This document shows positions 62,225 to 64,000 of a stretch of 64,000 nucleotides of DNA, in pieces. The translations under genes and the position numbers were made by a program. The notes under the pieces were generated by a model. That model searched no databases. It worked only from the letters and a program-made list of their open reading frames with translations, and was not told where the DNA came from. Within the stretch, counting starts at the first letter, position 1, and every line of letters starts with the position of its first letter. The stretch spans positions 44,888,001 through 44,952,000 of the forward strand of contig CM069149.1 in assembly GCA_035221665.1 (NCBI GenBank). Reading direction: 5' to 3'. The DNA is from Okamejei kenojei (lineage: Eukaryota).

Positions 62225-64000
62225 AATCATTTTTTCCACTTACCTTGAATTAATGGCATTGGGATTGTTAGTTCAATATTGCAGTGATTATACTACTGTT
62301 ATAGCATTCATAATGGCAGATTGATGATAGTGTTGGCTTAGGTACAAACACATAGTGAAACAGTACATATATATACATATATATATTACTAGGGAACCTC
62401 CCATTCCAAAGGTTGATGGTCTGCATCTTGCTTTGTTAAACATTGTCTGATGTGAACAAGGCCTCACTGTGTTACGGCAATTTCTGCCACACATACTGCA
62501 AGGGAAGACAATGCTGAGGAGTTTTGCTAAATATAGTTTTCTCAAACCCTCTAAGACAGCTGAGTTTTCCATTTATTTTCTCTGCTGAATACTCCTTCAC
62601 CATCCTGAATAATCAAATCTAAAAGGTTCTAACTTTTGGGGACTTTGAGCAAGATTTTGGTTGCGGCAGCCTTGGCCATTTAGTTTCACACCAATCTACA
62701 GCAAAGCAGTTTGAGATCAAAGTGCTGCTTCTTCACACCCATTTTATCCAACAGCCAGTTCCGATGAAGAGATCCAGACCTGAAGTGTTAACCATTTCTC
62801 TTTCTATAGATGTTGCCTGACCCACTAAATCTTTCAAGCATTTACTACTTTTATTTCATATTTTTAGTATCTGCATTTTTTGATTTTCTAAATTATATGG
62901 GAGTCTGCAGAAGTAGACATGTGACTAACAGTAGTTAGACAAGACTATGCACACGGTTGCTTCACTCATTATTAGATAGTTCAGTTTCATTTATTTTCTA
63001 AATTAAAGTATTTATGGTTAATGACTAGCAAGCATTCTTTTAGATATTGCAAAATAGTGAGATTATGGATTAATGCCAAGATGTGTGAACTCAGCCAGGC
63101 ATGTTTTTCTGTTTTGGGAACTGTTTGTTGTTGCAAAAGGGAAGATATATAGACACACGAGAGACTATAGCTGGAATTTCTAGCAAAACATACAGTGCTG
63201 GAGGAACTCAATGGAGGGAATGGACAGTCAACATTTTGGCTTGGGACTGATTGTTTTCTCGATGTCAAATGTATGGATTCCCAGCTAAATGATTCTCGTA
63301 AAATCCAAATTTGGAATGGACCATAGGCAGGTTGATGGAGTGGAATTCTTCCACTTTCACAAGCACTGCTGGATTGCCTTTGAAGTTGAATATACCCTTT
63401 AGCTGAAGAAAGTCACCAAAGCCACAATCCAGACATCCGTTTGTTCCGACTGACATTGCCAATGGCAAAGATACATGTCCTTTATGGACATTGAAGTGTC
63501 ATCTGACTAATATGTCCTTTGTTCCTCTGCATTCTTTCTCTATTTTCTTTCCTTCCATTCACTGCCTCCCTTATACCCTTTCTCTCCTCTATTCTTCCTC
63601 TTCCTTCCTGCTCTCATTCCCGCCACCCATCCCTCCCTCTTCCACTTCTCTCCATTTCCCTCCTTCCTTCAGAAGCTCAAGAGTTGATTAGCCCTGGTCT
63701 GAGTAACGGGCTGGTAAAAGCTGGTGCATGGGATTTGTGAATTGTCGTGATGTTGGGTAGATCACGGAGGGCCTGCTTTGCATTGCAGGGAAGGATTTTC
63801 AGACGCAGTTCCAGAAGTCCCTACTGAGATCAAAACCAAATGCAACCAAACCAAATCATAATGTTATTCCTGGCCCAGGGCATGATCTTTACGGACAAAG
63901 ATCAAGGAAACCAAATATAAAATGTGGCATGCTGTACCGATGTCCTACAGCCAATTGCTATTTATTTATTTACTGGGTGCTTCATTCAGTGTGGAACTGA

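Noticed and set aside
14915-64000. Wnt-domain coding exons
   Set aside because: No Wnt5-like peptide (WWSL, CQYQF, RRWNCS) was seen in the ORF track or by eye; if present, these exons lie beyond the window.

Overview
Vertebrate nuclear DNA, very likely from a cartilaginous fish (skate/ray), judging by its repeats: HE1/V-SINE-like SINEs, CR1/HER1-like, L2 and Rex1/Babar LINE fragments, and Penelope-like elements. The only complete protein-coding gene is an intronless FBXL14 (400 aa, minus strand, 55013-56215) with a CpG-island promoter and a probable ~0.9 kb 3' UTR. A large CpG island at ~13.6-15.1 kb ends in ATG-CAG|GTGAGT. By known synteny (ERC1-FBXL14-WNT5B) and by analogy with the two-codon first exon of WNT5A, this is most plausibly exon 1 of WNT5B, which would put FBXL14 antisense inside a >49 kb first intron. 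No Wnt-domain coding exon is present, so this call is inference. The rest is non-coding and repeat-rich. The most striking pattern is roughly 30 short, often fold-back elements derived from the 3' end of a Penelope-like element. Many carry a minimal hammerhead-ribozyme motif (CTGAAGA-A-GGGT-CTCG-ACCC-GAAA-CGTC), and several have 10-16 bp target-site duplications. Also seen are two PIF/Harbinger-type MITEs with identical termini, a candidate 5-nt microexon and an old local duplication. Repeat boundaries were read by eye and are approximate.
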